DNA of 64,000 nucleotides from Candidatus Eiseniibacteriota bacterium (GTDB lineage Bacteria; Eisenbacteria; RBG-16-71-46): NCBI GenBank assembly GCA_963744995.1, contig CAVUWA010000011.1, positions 288,001 to 352,000 of the forward strand, read 5' to 3'. Shown piece by piece: positions 1 to 9,735 of this stretch (position 1 is its first letter; each line of letters starts with the position of its first letter). The notes under the pieces were generated by a model. It saw only the letters and a program-made list of their open reading frames with translations, ran no database searches and was not told where the DNA came from. The position numbers and the translations under genes were made by a program.

Positions 1-2
1 CG

Positions 3-1292
3 ATCGGCGAGTTGAGCGCGTCGCTGCTGCGGCTCTCGGCGGGCACGATCGCGTTGTCGTTCCTGATCGTCCTGTTCGGCGTGTCGTGGCTGTCGTCGCG
101 CCAGGCGCGCCGCGTCGACGGTCTGCGCGGCGTGGCCGAGCGGGTCGGTGCGGGCGAGCTGCATGCGCGCGCGCTGGAGCTGCCCGCCGACGAGATCGGC
201 CGCCTCGGTCGCGCGATCAACGCCATGGCGGCGGAGCTGCAGAGCCGTCTCGGCGCGCTGCAGCGCGAGCGCGACGAGCGCGAGCGGATCCTCGCCCACA
301 TGAGCGACGGCGTGGCGCTGATCGACGCCGACGGCCGCTTCCGGCACGCCAACCAGCGCTTCGCCGCCCTGCTCGACGCGGCGCTGCCCGCACGGGTGGG
401 CATGGCGTTCCAGGAATACGCGCGGGTGCCGGAGCTGCGCGACCTGATCCAGGCGGCGCGCCGCGCGGGCCAGACGATCGAGATCGAGACGCGGCTGTGG
501 TCGCCGGCCCGCCGCGTGCTGCGCGCGACGGCCACGCCGATCGGCGACCCGGCCGAGGATCCGGTGCTGCTGGTGCTGCACGACCTCACCGACGTCGAGC
601 GGCTGCACCGCATCCGCCAGGACTTCGTCGCCAACGTCTCCCACGAGCTGCGCACGCCGCTCACCTCGCTGCGCGGCTACGCCGAGACCCTGCTCGACGG
701 GGGGCTCGACGACGTCGAGCATCGCGAAGGCTTCGTGCGCACGATCCGCGACCAGGCCGCACGGCTCTCGGCGCTGGTCGAGGATCTGCTCGCGCTCGCG
801 GAGCTCGAGCGCCACGGTGCGGGCCTGCGCATCGAATCCTTCGATCTGCGCGCGCTGGTCGAACAGCAGGTGGCCGCCTTCCGCCCGGGCGCCGAAGGGG
901 CCGGGCTCGCCCTCGCCCTCGAGGCCGGCGCGCCGGTGCCGGTGGCGGCGGACCGCGTGCGTATCGAGCAGGCCGTCGCCAACCTGCTCGACAACGCCAC
1001 CAAGTACACCGAGCACGGCGAGGTCCGGGTCGCCGTCGGCGCGGCGGACGGGACCGTGTGGTGCGAGGTGCGCGACACCGGGCCCGGCATTCCGGCCGAT
1101 GACCTGCCGCGCGTCTTCGAGCGGTTCTACCGCGTCGACAAGGCGCGCTCGCGTGAAAAGGGCGGCACCGGCCTCGGTCTGTCGATCGTGAAGCACGTGG
1201 TCACGCTGCACGACGGTCAGGTGTCGGTCGAGAGCGAACCCGGCGCGGGCAGCACGTTCCGCTTCGAGATCCCCGCGGTGCGCGGGCCGTAG
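3..1292 (+). CDS. phoR: PhoR-like sensor histidine kinase (HAMP-PAS-HisKA-HATPase), 5' end outside window
   Basis: DFVANVSHELRTPLT H-box, NLLDNA N-box, FERFYRVDKARSR and GGTGLGLSIVKH motifs; pst/phoU operon nearby; frame open to window edge. Confidence 0.85.
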   Translation: MGELSASLLRLSAGTIALSFLIVLFGVSWLSSRQARRVDGLRGVAERVGAGELHARALELPADEIGRLGRAINAMAAELQSRLGALQRERDERERILAHMSDGVALIDADGRFRHANQRFAALLDAALPARVGMAFQEYARVPELRDLIQAARRAGQTIEIETRLWSPARRVLRATATPIGDPAEDPVLLVLHDLTDVERLHRIRQDFVANVSHELRTPLTSLRGYAETLLDGGLDDVEHREGFVRTIRDQAARLSALVEDLLALAELERHGAGLRIESFDLRALVEQQVAAFRPGAEGAGLALALEAGAPVPVAADRVRIEQAVANLLDNATKYTEHGEVRVAVGAADGTVWCEVRDTGPGIPADDLPRVFERFYRVDKARSREKGGTGLGLSIVKHVVTLHDGQVSVESEPGAGSTFRFEIPAVRGP

Positions 1293-1313
1293 CGAGGGGC
1301 CGGGGAACGGAGT

Positions 1314-3203
1314 CTAGAGCTGGATCTGCGCGCCCAGCTCCACGACCCGGTTCGGGGGCAGGTCGAAATAGGCCGCGGCCGAACGTGCGTTCTGCGACAT
1401 GAGAATGAACAGGCGCTTGCGCCAGCGCTGCATGGGGGCAGTGCCGGACGGCAGCAGCGTCTCGCGCCCGAGGTAGAAGGAAGTCTCCGCAGGCCGGATC
1501 TCGATGCCCAGCTCCCCGAGGCGTCTGAACACCCGCATCAGGCTCGGCGATTCCATGAAGCCGAACCACGCGGTGACCTGGTAGACGCCTTCGCCGAAAT
1601 CCTTGAACTCCACCTGGCGATCCGGATGGACGTACGGAACCTCGCTCGCGATGAACGACATGACGAACACCCGCTCGTGCAGAACCTTGTTGTGCTTCAT
1701 GTGGTGCAGCAGCACCGGCGGCGCGCCGGCGGGGTCCGAGGTCAGGAACACGGCCGTGCCCGGCACGCGCTGCAGGAAGCGGCGGTCGAGCCCGGCGGTG
1801 AACAGATCGAGCGGCAGCGCGACCTCGCGCAGGTGATCGGTGAGGATTTCGCGGCCGCGCTTCCATGTGGTCATGAGCGTGAACACCACCAGCGCCACCG
1901 CCAGCGGCACCCAGCCGCCGTGGACGATCTTCGGCAGGTTGGCGCCCATGAACGCGAAGTCCACGGCGAGCAGCGGCAGGCCGAGCAGCGACACCTTCCA
2001 CAGCGGCCAGTCGCGGCGATCCATGAGCACCCGGCAGTAGAGCAGCGTGGTGATCACGAACGTGCCGGTGACCGCAATCCCGTAGGCGCCGGCGATGCTG
2101 GCGGTGGACGGAAAGCCGATCACCAGGATCGCGCAGCCGGCCATCAGCGCCCAGTTGACCTCGGGCATGTAGATCTGGCCGGCCTCGGCGAACGACGTGT
2201 GGCGGATCGTCAGACGCGGCAGGTAGCCGAGTTGCACCGCCTGCCGGGTGAGCGAGTACGCGCCGGTGATGAGCGCCTGCGATGCGGTGATCGCCGCGGC
2301 GGTCGCGACCGCGAGCATCGGGTAGCGCGCCCAGCCGGGCACCAGGTTGAAGAATGGATTCGCCACCGCCGCCGGATCGCCGAGCAGCAGCGCGCCCTGG
2401 CCGAAGTAGTTGAGCAGCAGCGCGGGCAGCACCACCGCGAACCACATCAGCCGGATCGGCTTCTTGCCGAAGTGCCCCATGTCGGCGTACAGCGCCTCGC
2501 CGCCGGTGACCACCAGCACGACCGCGCCGAGGACCAGGAAGCCCATCTCGCCGTTGTGGACGAGGAAGGTCACCGCATGGAGCGGATTCACCGCGGCCAG
2601 CACGCGCGGCGCCTGCACGATGCCGTGGACGCCGGCCGCCGCGATGCACAGGAACCACAGCGCCGTCAGCGGTCCCCACAGCCGTCCGACGCCGGCGGTG
2701 CCGCGGCGCTGGATCGAGAACAGGCCGATGAGGATCCCGAGCGCGAGCCACGGCACCCATGGCGAGAGGCCGGGCGAGACGACCGTGAGCCCCTCCATGG
2801 CGCCGAGCGTCGAGATCACCGGCGTGATCAGGCCGTCGCCGTAGAGCAGCGCGGTGCCGAACACGCCGAGCAGGATCAACAGGTAGCGCCCGCCCTTGAC
2901 CGGCCCCTCGGCGCGGCGGATCAGCGCGAGCAGCGCGACGACGCCGCCCTCCCCGCGGTTGTTCGCGCGCATCAGCAGGCCCAGGTACTTGAGCGAGATG
3001 ACCAGGTTCAGCGACCAGAAGATCAGCGACAGCACGCCGAGCACGTTCTCCGGCGTGGGGGGGACGCCGAACAGATCGCTGAAGCACTCCTTGATCGCAT
3101 AGAGCGGGCTGGTGCCGATGTCGCCGTACACCACCCCGAGCGCACCCAGCGAGAGGATCGCCAGGGCGCGGCCCCGGGGTTCGGCAGCGGAGGTCTCGCT
3201 CAT
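1314..3203 (-). CDS. kup: Kup/HAK potassium uptake transporter
   Basis: LGALGVVYGDIGTSPLYA, GGEALYADMGHFG, C-terminal PPNRVVELGAQIQL. Confidence 0.96.
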   Translation of the reverse strand: MSETSAAEPRGRALAILSLGALGVVYGDIGTSPLYAIKECFSDLFGVPPTPENVLGVLSLIFWSLNLVISLKYLGLLMRANNRGEGGVVALLALIRRAEGPVKGGRYLLILLGVFGTALLYGDGLITPVISTLGAMEGLTVVSPGLSPWVPWLALGILIGLFSIQRRGTAGVGRLWGPLTALWFLCIAAAGVHGIVQAPRVLAAVNPLHAVTFLVHNGEMGFLVLGAVVLVVTGGEALYADMGHFGKKPIRLMWFAVVLPALLLNYFGQGALLLGDPAAVANPFFNLVPGWARYPMLAVATAAAITASQALITGAYSLTRQAVQLGYLPRLTIRHTSFAEAGQIYMPEVNWALMAGCAILVIGFPSTASIAGAYGIAVTGTFVITTLLYCRVLMDRRDWPLWKVSLLGLPLLAVDFAFMGANLPKIVHGGWVPLAVALVVFTLMTTWKRGREILTDHLREVALPLDLFTAGLDRRFLQRVPGTAVFLTSDPAGAPPVLLHHMKHNKVLHERVFVMSFIASEVPYVHPDRQVEFKDFGEGVYQVTAWFGFMESPSLMRVFRRLGELGIEIRPAETSFYLGRETLLPSGTAPMQRWRKRLFILMSQNARSAAAYFDLPPNRVVELGAQIQL

Positions 3204-3520
3204 TTCGGGGTTGGACTCACGCCGCCTTCGCCTCGCACCGCATCGACCCCCGATCGCCGCGTGGCCTCATGTCCCTCAGGCGCGCTCCGTACGAACGGCG
3301 GCCGCCCGGCGCGGGTGCTTCCCGCGCGGCCGGCCGCTGCCGCAGCAATCTACCACGTCCCACCCGGCGCCCGGCCGGGCCGGCGGCGCGCCCCGGTCCC
3401 GTCATCGGTTTCGTCACATGGCCGAAACGGGTCCGCTTTCGGCAACTCCCCGGCCTTGGGCGCGATCTCCCGCCCGCCGGGAGCCCCGGGCTGCGGGGCG
3501 CTTTGCCGAATTTCTCGCCC

Positions 3521-3553
3521 CTTCATGCCGTCGTCATCGGTTCGTAACACGTT
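3521..3553 (+). promoter_or_regulatory. Putative Pho box (three 11-bp-period half sites)
   Basis: CTTCATGCCGT/CGTCATCGGTT/CGTAACACGTT upstream of the porin-pst operon; related copy GTCATCGGTTTCGTCAC at 3401-3417. Confidence 0.55.
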
Positions 3554-3613
3554 TCGCGGTCTTCTCCCGTCCGACGCGCGGGGACCCGCACAGCGACAAA
3601 AGTGAGAACGACC

Positions 3614-3997
3614 ATGACCGTCTCCTCGGACAAGCCGGGGCTGCTGGCCCCGCCGGGACACGAAGAGATTGAGAAATCCGCGGCGCGCGGAACGCCGGCG
3701 TCCTGCGCCGGGCACGAGACGCGGGAGAAGCGTCGCCGCGGCCGCCCGCTGCTGATGCCGAAGGCGGTGGTTCTCGAAGAGATCCGCCAGCTCGCGCGGC
3801 GCGAGGAGGGGATCTTTCGGGCCCACCTCACGCACGGCAGGCTCTACGCCCGTGCACGGCGCATGTTCGGTTCGTGGGCGGCGGCGCTCGAAACCGCCGG
3901 CGTGGATTACGCGCACACGCTGGAACGGGCGCGCCGCCGCGGGCTGCGTTCGAGAAGGAACCGCGCGGCGAAACGGAAGGAAGCGCAACAGACGTGA
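3614..3997 (+). CDS. Small basic hypothetical protein with FGSWxxALxxAG motif (homing-endonuclease-associated-repeat-like)
   Basis: LYARARRMFGSWAAALETAGVD; alternative start 3602. Confidence 0.55.
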   Translation: MTVSSDKPGLLAPPGHEEIEKSAARGTPASCAGHETREKRRRGRPLLMPKAVVLEEIRQLARREEGIFRAHLTHGRLYARARRMFGSWAAALETAGVDYAHTLERARRRGLRSRRNRAAKRKEAQQT

Positions 3998-4078
3998 CCG
4001 GTTCCCGCTGCGGCGAAGCGGGCGACCGGACGGACGCCCGGCCGGCCCGGGGACTTCGCCGAATCTGGGGAGACCGGA

Positions 4079-5323
4079 TTGACCTCGACAGGGATGACAC
4101 CGGCGAGGACCGCGAGGGTCCTCACGGCGGTAATGATCACCATCTGCTGCGCCGGCGCCGCGACGCCGGCGCACGCGCAGGCGTCGGGAGCTTCGCTGGA
4201 GGCGCGGTTCGACAGTCTGAGCGCGGCGGTGCGGGCGTTGCAGGCAGCGAAGCCCGCGGTGCACCCGCTGAGGATCACGGGCTTCGCGCAGGCCCGCTGG
4301 GAAACGGCCGAGAATTCGGCCGACACGATCCGGGTCGCGGGCGGCGAGGTCTCGACCGCCAACCGCAACCGCTTCGCGATCCGGCGCGCGCGCCTCAAGG
4401 CGACCTATGACGACGGCTCGTTCGGACGCGGCGTGGTCTACGTCAACGCCGGCGACTCGCGCGAGGTCGAGCTGATCGAGGCCTACGTGGCGCTGTACGA
4501 TCCGTGGACGCCGGATCATCGCCACACCCTGATCGCCGGCCAGCAGAACGTGCCGTTCGGCTTCGATCTCGAGCACTCGAGCTCGCAGCTGGAACTGCTC
4601 GAGCGCTCACAGGCCGAGCGTGCGCTGTTTCCGGGCGAGCGCGACCGCGGCCTCGTGCTGGAGAGCCGCTGGACGCCCCGGCTGTCGACCGTGCTCGGCG
4701 TCATGAACGGCACGACGCTCGCCGAGGATCCCCGCTTCGTCGCGGCGGATCCCAACGGCAACAAAGCCGTGATCGGCCGCGTGCGCGTGACCGTCGGCCC
4801 GTGGGCCGCCGCGGTGTCGGGCTACGCCGCCCGCGCGGCGACGCCGCTCTCGGGGCCCGACGTGGTCAGCGACAAGACGCGCGTCGGCGCCGACACGCAG
4901 CTCCACTACACGATCCGCGGTCTCGGCGCGGGCGAGCTGCGCGGCGAGGCGTTCTTCGGCCATCAGGTCAATCCCGACTCGGTGAAGGCGCTGACGACGT
5001 CGTCCGCCGGGGCGGTCCTCGCGGCGCCCGGTGCGAACCCCGCTCATTTCGCCACGGACTTCGCCGGCGGCTACGCGACGTGGATCCAGTCGTTTGCGGC
5101 CCGCTACACCTTCGCGGCGCGATACGACGTCTGGGACCCGAACACCGGCGCCGATCACGACCGGTTCACGCGCGTCTCCGTCGCCCTGCACGGGCAGTAC
5201 GGCAGGCACGTGCGCGCGTCGGTGCTCTACGAGATTCCGGACACGGAGAAGGCGACGCCGGCCGGTGCGTTCAAGGACCCCCACGACAACCGCTGGACCG
5301 TGCAGCTCCAGCACAAATTCTAG
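4079..5323 (+). CDS. Phosphate-selective porin (OprO/OprP-like)
   Basis: Signal peptide, FAIRRARLK and GQQNVPFG motifs, C-terminal Phe, directly upstream of pstS. Confidence 0.8.
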   Translation: MTSTGMTPARTARVLTAVMITICCAGAATPAHAQASGASLEARFDSLSAAVRALQAAKPAVHPLRITGFAQARWETAENSADTIRVAGGEVSTANRNRFAIRRARLKATYDDGSFGRGVVYVNAGDSREVELIEAYVALYDPWTPDHRHTLIAGQQNVPFGFDLEHSSSQLELLERSQAERALFPGERDRGLVLESRWTPRLSTVLGVMNGTTLAEDPRFVAADPNGNKAVIGRVRVTVGPWAAAVSGYAARAATPLSGPDVVSDKTRVGADTQLHYTIRGLGAGELRGEAFFGHQVNPDSVKALTTSSAGAVLAAPGANPAHFATDFAGGYATWIQSFAARYTFAARYDVWDPNTGADHDRFTRVSVALHGQYGRHVRASVLYEIPDTEKATPAGAFKDPHDNRWTVQLQHKF

Positions 5324-5331
5324 GAGACCCC

Positions 5332-6180
5332 ATGCCCGTGAAGCACGCTCGCTGGATCGTTCCCGCCCTGACGGCCGCGCTGGCGCTCGCCGGATGCGGC
5401 GGCAGGAACCGGTCGGATACGGTCACCCTCAAGGGTTCGGACACGATGGTGATCCTCGGCCAGCGCTGGGCCGAGGCCTACATGGCTTCGCACGAGGGCG
5501 CCGTGATCCAGGTGACCGGCGGCGGCTCGGGCACGGGCATCGCGGCGCTGATCAACGGCACCACCGACATCTGCGAGGCCTCGCGCGAGATGAAGCAGGC
5601 CGAGCGCGACCAGATGCAGGAGAAATACGGCCGCCCGCCCGTGGAGATCACGATGGCGAAGGACGGTCTCTCGGTCTACCTCAACGACGCGAACCCGGTG
5701 AAGGCGCTGACCCTCGCGCAGCTGAGCGCGATCTACACCGGCCAGACCACCAACTGGAAGCAGGTCGGCGGCAACGACGCGCCGATCACGCTGTACGGTC
5801 GCGAGAACAGCTCCGGCACCTACGAGTATTTCAAGGAGCGCGTCATGGAGGGCGCCGACTACGCGTCCGCCGTGCAGACGCTCCCGGGCACCGCCGCGGT
5901 CGTGAACGCGGTGGCCAGGGACCCCAACGGCATCGGCTACGGCGGCGCCGCCTACGCGAAGGGCGTGTTCGAATGCGGCGTCAAGGAGACCGACGACTCG
6001 GCGCCCGTGCTGCCCAGCGCGAAGACGGTCGCCGACGGCTCCTATCCGATTTCGCGCGGGCTCTACTACTACCTGCGCACGCCGCCCGAGGGCGCCGAGA
6101 AGGACTTCATCGACTTCGCACTCTCGCCCGAAGGCCAGAAGATCGTGTCGGAAGTCGGATACTTCCCGCTCGCCAGCTGA
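5332..6180 (+). CDS. pstS: Phosphate ABC transporter substrate-binding lipoprotein
   Basis: AGGAG RBS, lipobox LAGC, KGSDTM, GGGSGTGIAALING, GRENSSGTYEYF. Confidence 0.95.
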   Translation: MPVKHARWIVPALTAALALAGCGGRNRSDTVTLKGSDTMVILGQRWAEAYMASHEGAVIQVTGGGSGTGIAALINGTTDICEASREMKQAERDQMQEKYGRPPVEITMAKDGLSVYLNDANPVKALTLAQLSAIYTGQTTNWKQVGGNDAPITLYGRENSSGTYEYFKERVMEGADYASAVQTLPGTAAVVNAVARDPNGIGYGGAAYAKGVFECGVKETDDSAPVLPSAKTVADGSYPISRGLYYYLRTPPEGAEKDFIDFALSPEGQKIVSEVGYFPLAS

Positions 6181-6226
6181 TCGCTTGCGGGCGTGCGGCC
6201 CCGCTCGCGCGCCCGCGGAGGACGTC

Positions 6227-7198
6227 ATGAGTTCGGACCCGGAATCCGCAGCGGGCGGACCGCGAACCCACCTGCGCGACCGCGTGGCCGACCGCGGCCG
6301 CCGCCGCATGCAGGAACTCGCCTCGACGTGGATCCTGAGGATCTGCGCCTTCAGCGCGGTTGCGGGACTGCTGCTGATCATGATCTTCGTGTTCCGCGAA
6401 GCGCTGCCGCTCTGGTTCGACCCGAAGCTTCGCGGCGAGGCGGGGCTCTCGACGTTCTTCTCCTCTCCGGTCTGGCAGCCGGTGAGCTCGAATCCCCGGT
6501 TCGGCCTGGCACCGCTCATCGTGGGCACGCTCAAGGTGATCCTGGTGGCGATGACGTTCGCGGTGCCGGTTGCGGTGCTGGCCGCACTCTACGCCTCGGA
6601 ATTCGCCTCCGAGCGTTTCCGCGAGCTGCTCAAGCCCGTGATCGAGATGCTCGCCGGCATTCCGTCGGTGGTGCTCGGCTTCTTCGCGCTGATCGTGATG
6701 GCGTCCTGGCTGCAGGCGGTCACCGGTTCCGCATCGCGCCTGAACGCGCTCAACGCCGGGCTCGCGCTCGGGCTCGCGATCATCCCGACCGTCTTCTCGG
6801 TCTGCGAGGACGCGCTGCGCGCGGTGCCGCGCTCGTACCGCGAGGCCTCGCTCGCGCTCGGCGCGAGCCGCTGGCAGACGGCGTGGAACGTCACGCTGCC
6901 GGCCGCCTCGGCGGGCGTCGCGGCGGGCGTGCTGCTCGGCCTCGCCCGCGCGGTCGGCGAGACGATGATCGTGCTCATGGCCTCGGGCAACGCGGCGCTG
7001 ATCTCGCCGAGCGTGCTCGACTCGGTGCGCACCGTGTCGGCGACGATCGCCGCCGAGCTGGCCGAGGTCGTGTTCGGCAGCGGCCACTACCGGGTGCTGT
7101 TCTTCCTCGGCGCGCTGCTGTTCACCACCACGTTCCTGATCAACGTGGCCGCCGGGCTGTTCGTGGAGCGGCTGCGCCGGCGGCTGGCGGGCGCATGA
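6227..7198 (+). CDS. pstC: Phosphate ABC transporter permease PstC
   Basis: [37 protein letters not shown]. Confidence 0.95.
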   Translation: MSSDPESAAGGPRTHLRDRVADRGRRRMQELASTWILRICAFSAVAGLLLIMIFVFREALPLWFDPKLRGEAGLSTFFSSPVWQPVSSNPRFGLAPLIVGTLKVILVAMTFAVPVAVLAALYASEFASERFRELLKPVIEMLAGIPSVVLGFFALIVMASWLQAVTGSASRLNALNAGLALGLAIIPTVFSVCEDALRAVPRSYREASLALGASRWQTAWNVTLPAASAGVAAGVLLGLARAVGETMIVLMASGNAALISPSVLDSVRTVSATIAAELAEVVFGSGHYRVLFFLGALLFTTTFLINVAAGLFVERLRRRLAGA

Positions 7199-8142
7199 GC
7201 GGCGCCCTGCCCGCCACGGGCCAGCGCCCGCTCGACAAGTCGCACCACCGCGACTGGACGGGCGGCGTGTGGTCGGGCCTCTCAGGCGTCGCCGCCGGCC
7301 TGATCGTGCTGATGGTCGCCGTCATCATCGGCAACGTCGTCTGGTTCGGCTGGCGGACCGTGACGTGGGATTTCCTCGTCAAGGCGCCCGAGCAGGGCAT
7401 GACGGCCGGCGGCATCTTCCCGGCGATCTTCGGCACGGTGGCGCTGGTGCTGCTGATGGTGGTCGCGCTGATTCCGTTCGGGGTCGGCGCCGCGATCTAC
7501 CTGCACGAGTACGCGCGCCCCGACGCCTGGTTCACCCGGTCGGTGCGGTTCGCGGTCAACAACCTGGCGGGCGTGCCGAGCATCGTGTTCGGCCTGTTCG
7601 GGCTCGGGTTCTTCATCCAGTTCGTGGGTCGCGGCATCGACCGCGCGCTCGGCGCCGACGTGCTGTGGGGCCAGCCGTCGCTGCTGTGGGCGGCGCTCAC
7701 GCTGGCGCTCCTCAACCTGCCCGTCGTGATCGTCACCACCGAGGAGGCGTTGCGCGCCGTGCCGCGCCACATGCGCGAGGCGTCCCTCGCGCTCGGCGCG
7801 ACGCGCTGGCAGACGATCCGCTACGTGCTGCTGCCGCAGGCGCTGCCGGGCATCCTCACCGGTGCGATCCTGTCGATCTCGCGCGGCGCCGGCGAGGTGG
7901 CGCCGATCATGTTCACGGGCGCCGCCTACTTCCTGCCGTATCTGCCGCATTCGCCCGCAGATCAGTTCATGGAACTCGGGTACCATATCTTCGTGCTCGC
8001 GACGCAATCACCCGATATCGACGCGACGCGGCCGCTGCTGTACGGCACGGTGCTGGTGCTGCTGCTGCTCACCTTCGCGCTGAACCTGTCGGCCGTGCTG
8101 ATCCGCGGCCGGCTGCGGGCGCGGCTCATCGGGAGATCATGA
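7195..8142 (+). CDS. pstA: Phosphate ABC transporter permease PstA
   Basis: [37 protein letters not shown] overlap with pstC. Confidence 0.95.
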   Translation: MSGALPATGQRPLDKSHHRDWTGGVWSGLSGVAAGLIVLMVAVIIGNVVWFGWRTVTWDFLVKAPEQGMTAGGIFPAIFGTVALVLLMVVALIPFGVGAAIYLHEYARPDAWFTRSVRFAVNNLAGVPSIVFGLFGLGFFIQFVGRGIDRALGADVLWGQPSLLWAALTLALLNLPVVIVTTEEALRAVPRHMREASLALGATRWQTIRYVLLPQALPGILTGAILSISRGAGEVAPIMFTGAAYFLPYLPHSPADQFMELGYHIFVLATQSPDIDATRPLLYGTVLVLLLLTFALNLSAVLIRGRLRARLIGRS

Positions 8143-8143
8143 G

Positions 8144-9004
8144 GTGACCTTGGAAACGAAACCGCCGGTGCGCGACGCAGCCGTGCGGACGCCCCGCCCG
8201 CGGGCGGCGTCCGCCGCGGCGCCGCCGCGGGCGCCCGCGCCGGCGTCCGCCGAACCGCCGGTCCGCACGCACGACTACGATCTCTACTACGGCAGGACCC
8301 AGGCCCTGCGCTCGGTGACGCTCGACTTCCCGGCGCATGCGGTGACCGCGATCATCGGCCCGTCCGGCTGCGGCAAGAGCACCCTGCTGCGCTCCTTCAA
8401 CCGCATGAACGACATGATTCCGGGAGTGCGCACCGAAGGGCGCGTCACCGTGTCGGGGCTCGACGTGTTCGCGCCGTCCACCGACGTGGTGGATCTGCGC
8501 CGCCGCGTCGGCATGGTGTTCCAGCGCCCGAATCCGTTTCCGAAATCGATCTTCGAGAACGCGGCTTTCGGGCTGCGCATGCTCGGCCTCAAGGACCGCG
8601 CCGAGATCGAGGCGCGCATCGAACGGAGCCTGCGCCAGGCGGCGCTGTGGGACGAGGTGAAGGACCGCCTGCAGGCCTCGGCGCTCGCGCTGTCGGGCGG
8701 CCAGCAGCAGCGCTTGTGCATCGCCCGCTGCCTGGCGGTCGAGCCCGAGATCGTGCTGATGGACGAGCCGGCCTCCGCACTCGATCCCACCGCGACGGCG
8801 CGCGTCGAGGAACTGGTGCTCGACCTCAAGTCGCACTACACGCTGTTGGTGGTGACGCACAACATGCAGCAGGCCGCGCGGATATCCGACCGCACCGTCT
8901 TCATGCTGTCCGGACGGGTTGTCGAATACGACGAAACCAGTAAGCTGTTCACCAGCCCGCACGAGAAGCTGACCGAGGACTACATCACCGGACGCTTCGG
9001 CTGA
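8144..9004 (+). CDS. pstB: Phosphate ABC transporter ATPase
   Basis: [35 protein letters not shown]. Confidence 0.97.
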   Translation: MTLETKPPVRDAAVRTPRPRAASAAAPPRAPAPASAEPPVRTHDYDLYYGRTQALRSVTLDFPAHAVTAIIGPSGCGKSTLLRSFNRMNDMIPGVRTEGRVTVSGLDVFAPSTDVVDLRRRVGMVFQRPNPFPKSIFENAAFGLRMLGLKDRAEIEARIERSLRQAALWDEVKDRLQASALALSGGQQQRLCIARCLAVEPEIVLMDEPASALDPTATARVEELVLDLKSHYTLLVVTHNMQQAARISDRTVFMLSGRVVEYDETSKLFTSPHEKLTEDYITGRFG

Positions 9005-9735
9005 TGCCTGACGCCACCGGCACACAGGGCCCGAAAGGAACCCGCTTGGAACGTCATTTCGAAGTGGAATTCGCCGCGCTCAAGGACCAGCTGCTCGCCA
9101 TGGGCGGCCGGGCCGAGAACATCGTGCGCAAGTCGATCGAGGCGCTCAGGGTGCGCAACGTCCAGCTCGCCAACGAGGTCTTCGCCGACGACAGGCAGAT
9201 CGACGCGCTCGAGCTCGCCATCGACGATCGCTGCGTGAACCTGCTCGCCCTGCGGCAGCCGCTGGCAGGAGACCTGCGTTTCATCACCGCCGCGCTCAAG
9301 ATCACCAACGATCTCGAGCGCGTCGGCGATCACGCGGTGAACATCGCGGGCAGCGCGATCCGTCTCGCCGAGCAGCCGCAGCTGAAGCCGCTGGTGGACA
9401 TCCCGCGCATGGCCGACATGGCCAGCGACATGCTGCGCGAGGCCCTCGATGCCTTCGTGAAGCGCGACGCCGAGACCGCGCGCCGGCTGGTGCGCCGCGA
9501 CGACGCCGTCGACGACCTCAACACCCAGGTCTTCCGCGAGCTGATCACCTTCATGATCGAGGATCCGCACACGATCAGCCGCGCGATGGAACTGATCCTC
9601 GTGGCGCGGAACCTCGAGCGGGTGGCCGACCTCGCGACCAACGTCGCCGAAGAGGTCGTGTTCATCGCCGAGGCGCGCGTCATCAAGCACCACGCGGAGC
9701 AGGCGGCGGAGCAGGACGACTTCGGGCGGACGTGA
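9004..9735 (+). CDS. phoU: Phosphate signalling protein PhoU
   Basis: QPLAGDLR, DLERVGDHA, LERVADLATN. Confidence 0.96.
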   Translation: MPDATGTQGPKGTRLERHFEVEFAALKDQLLAMGGRAENIVRKSIEALRVRNVQLANEVFADDRQIDALELAIDDRCVNLLALRQPLAGDLRFITAALKITNDLERVGDHAVNIAGSAIRLAEQPQLKPLVDIPRMADMASDMLREALDAFVKRDAETARRLVRRDDAVDDLNTQVFRELITFMIEDPHTISRAMELILVARNLERVADLATNVAEEVVFIAEARVIKHHAEQAAEQDDFGRT

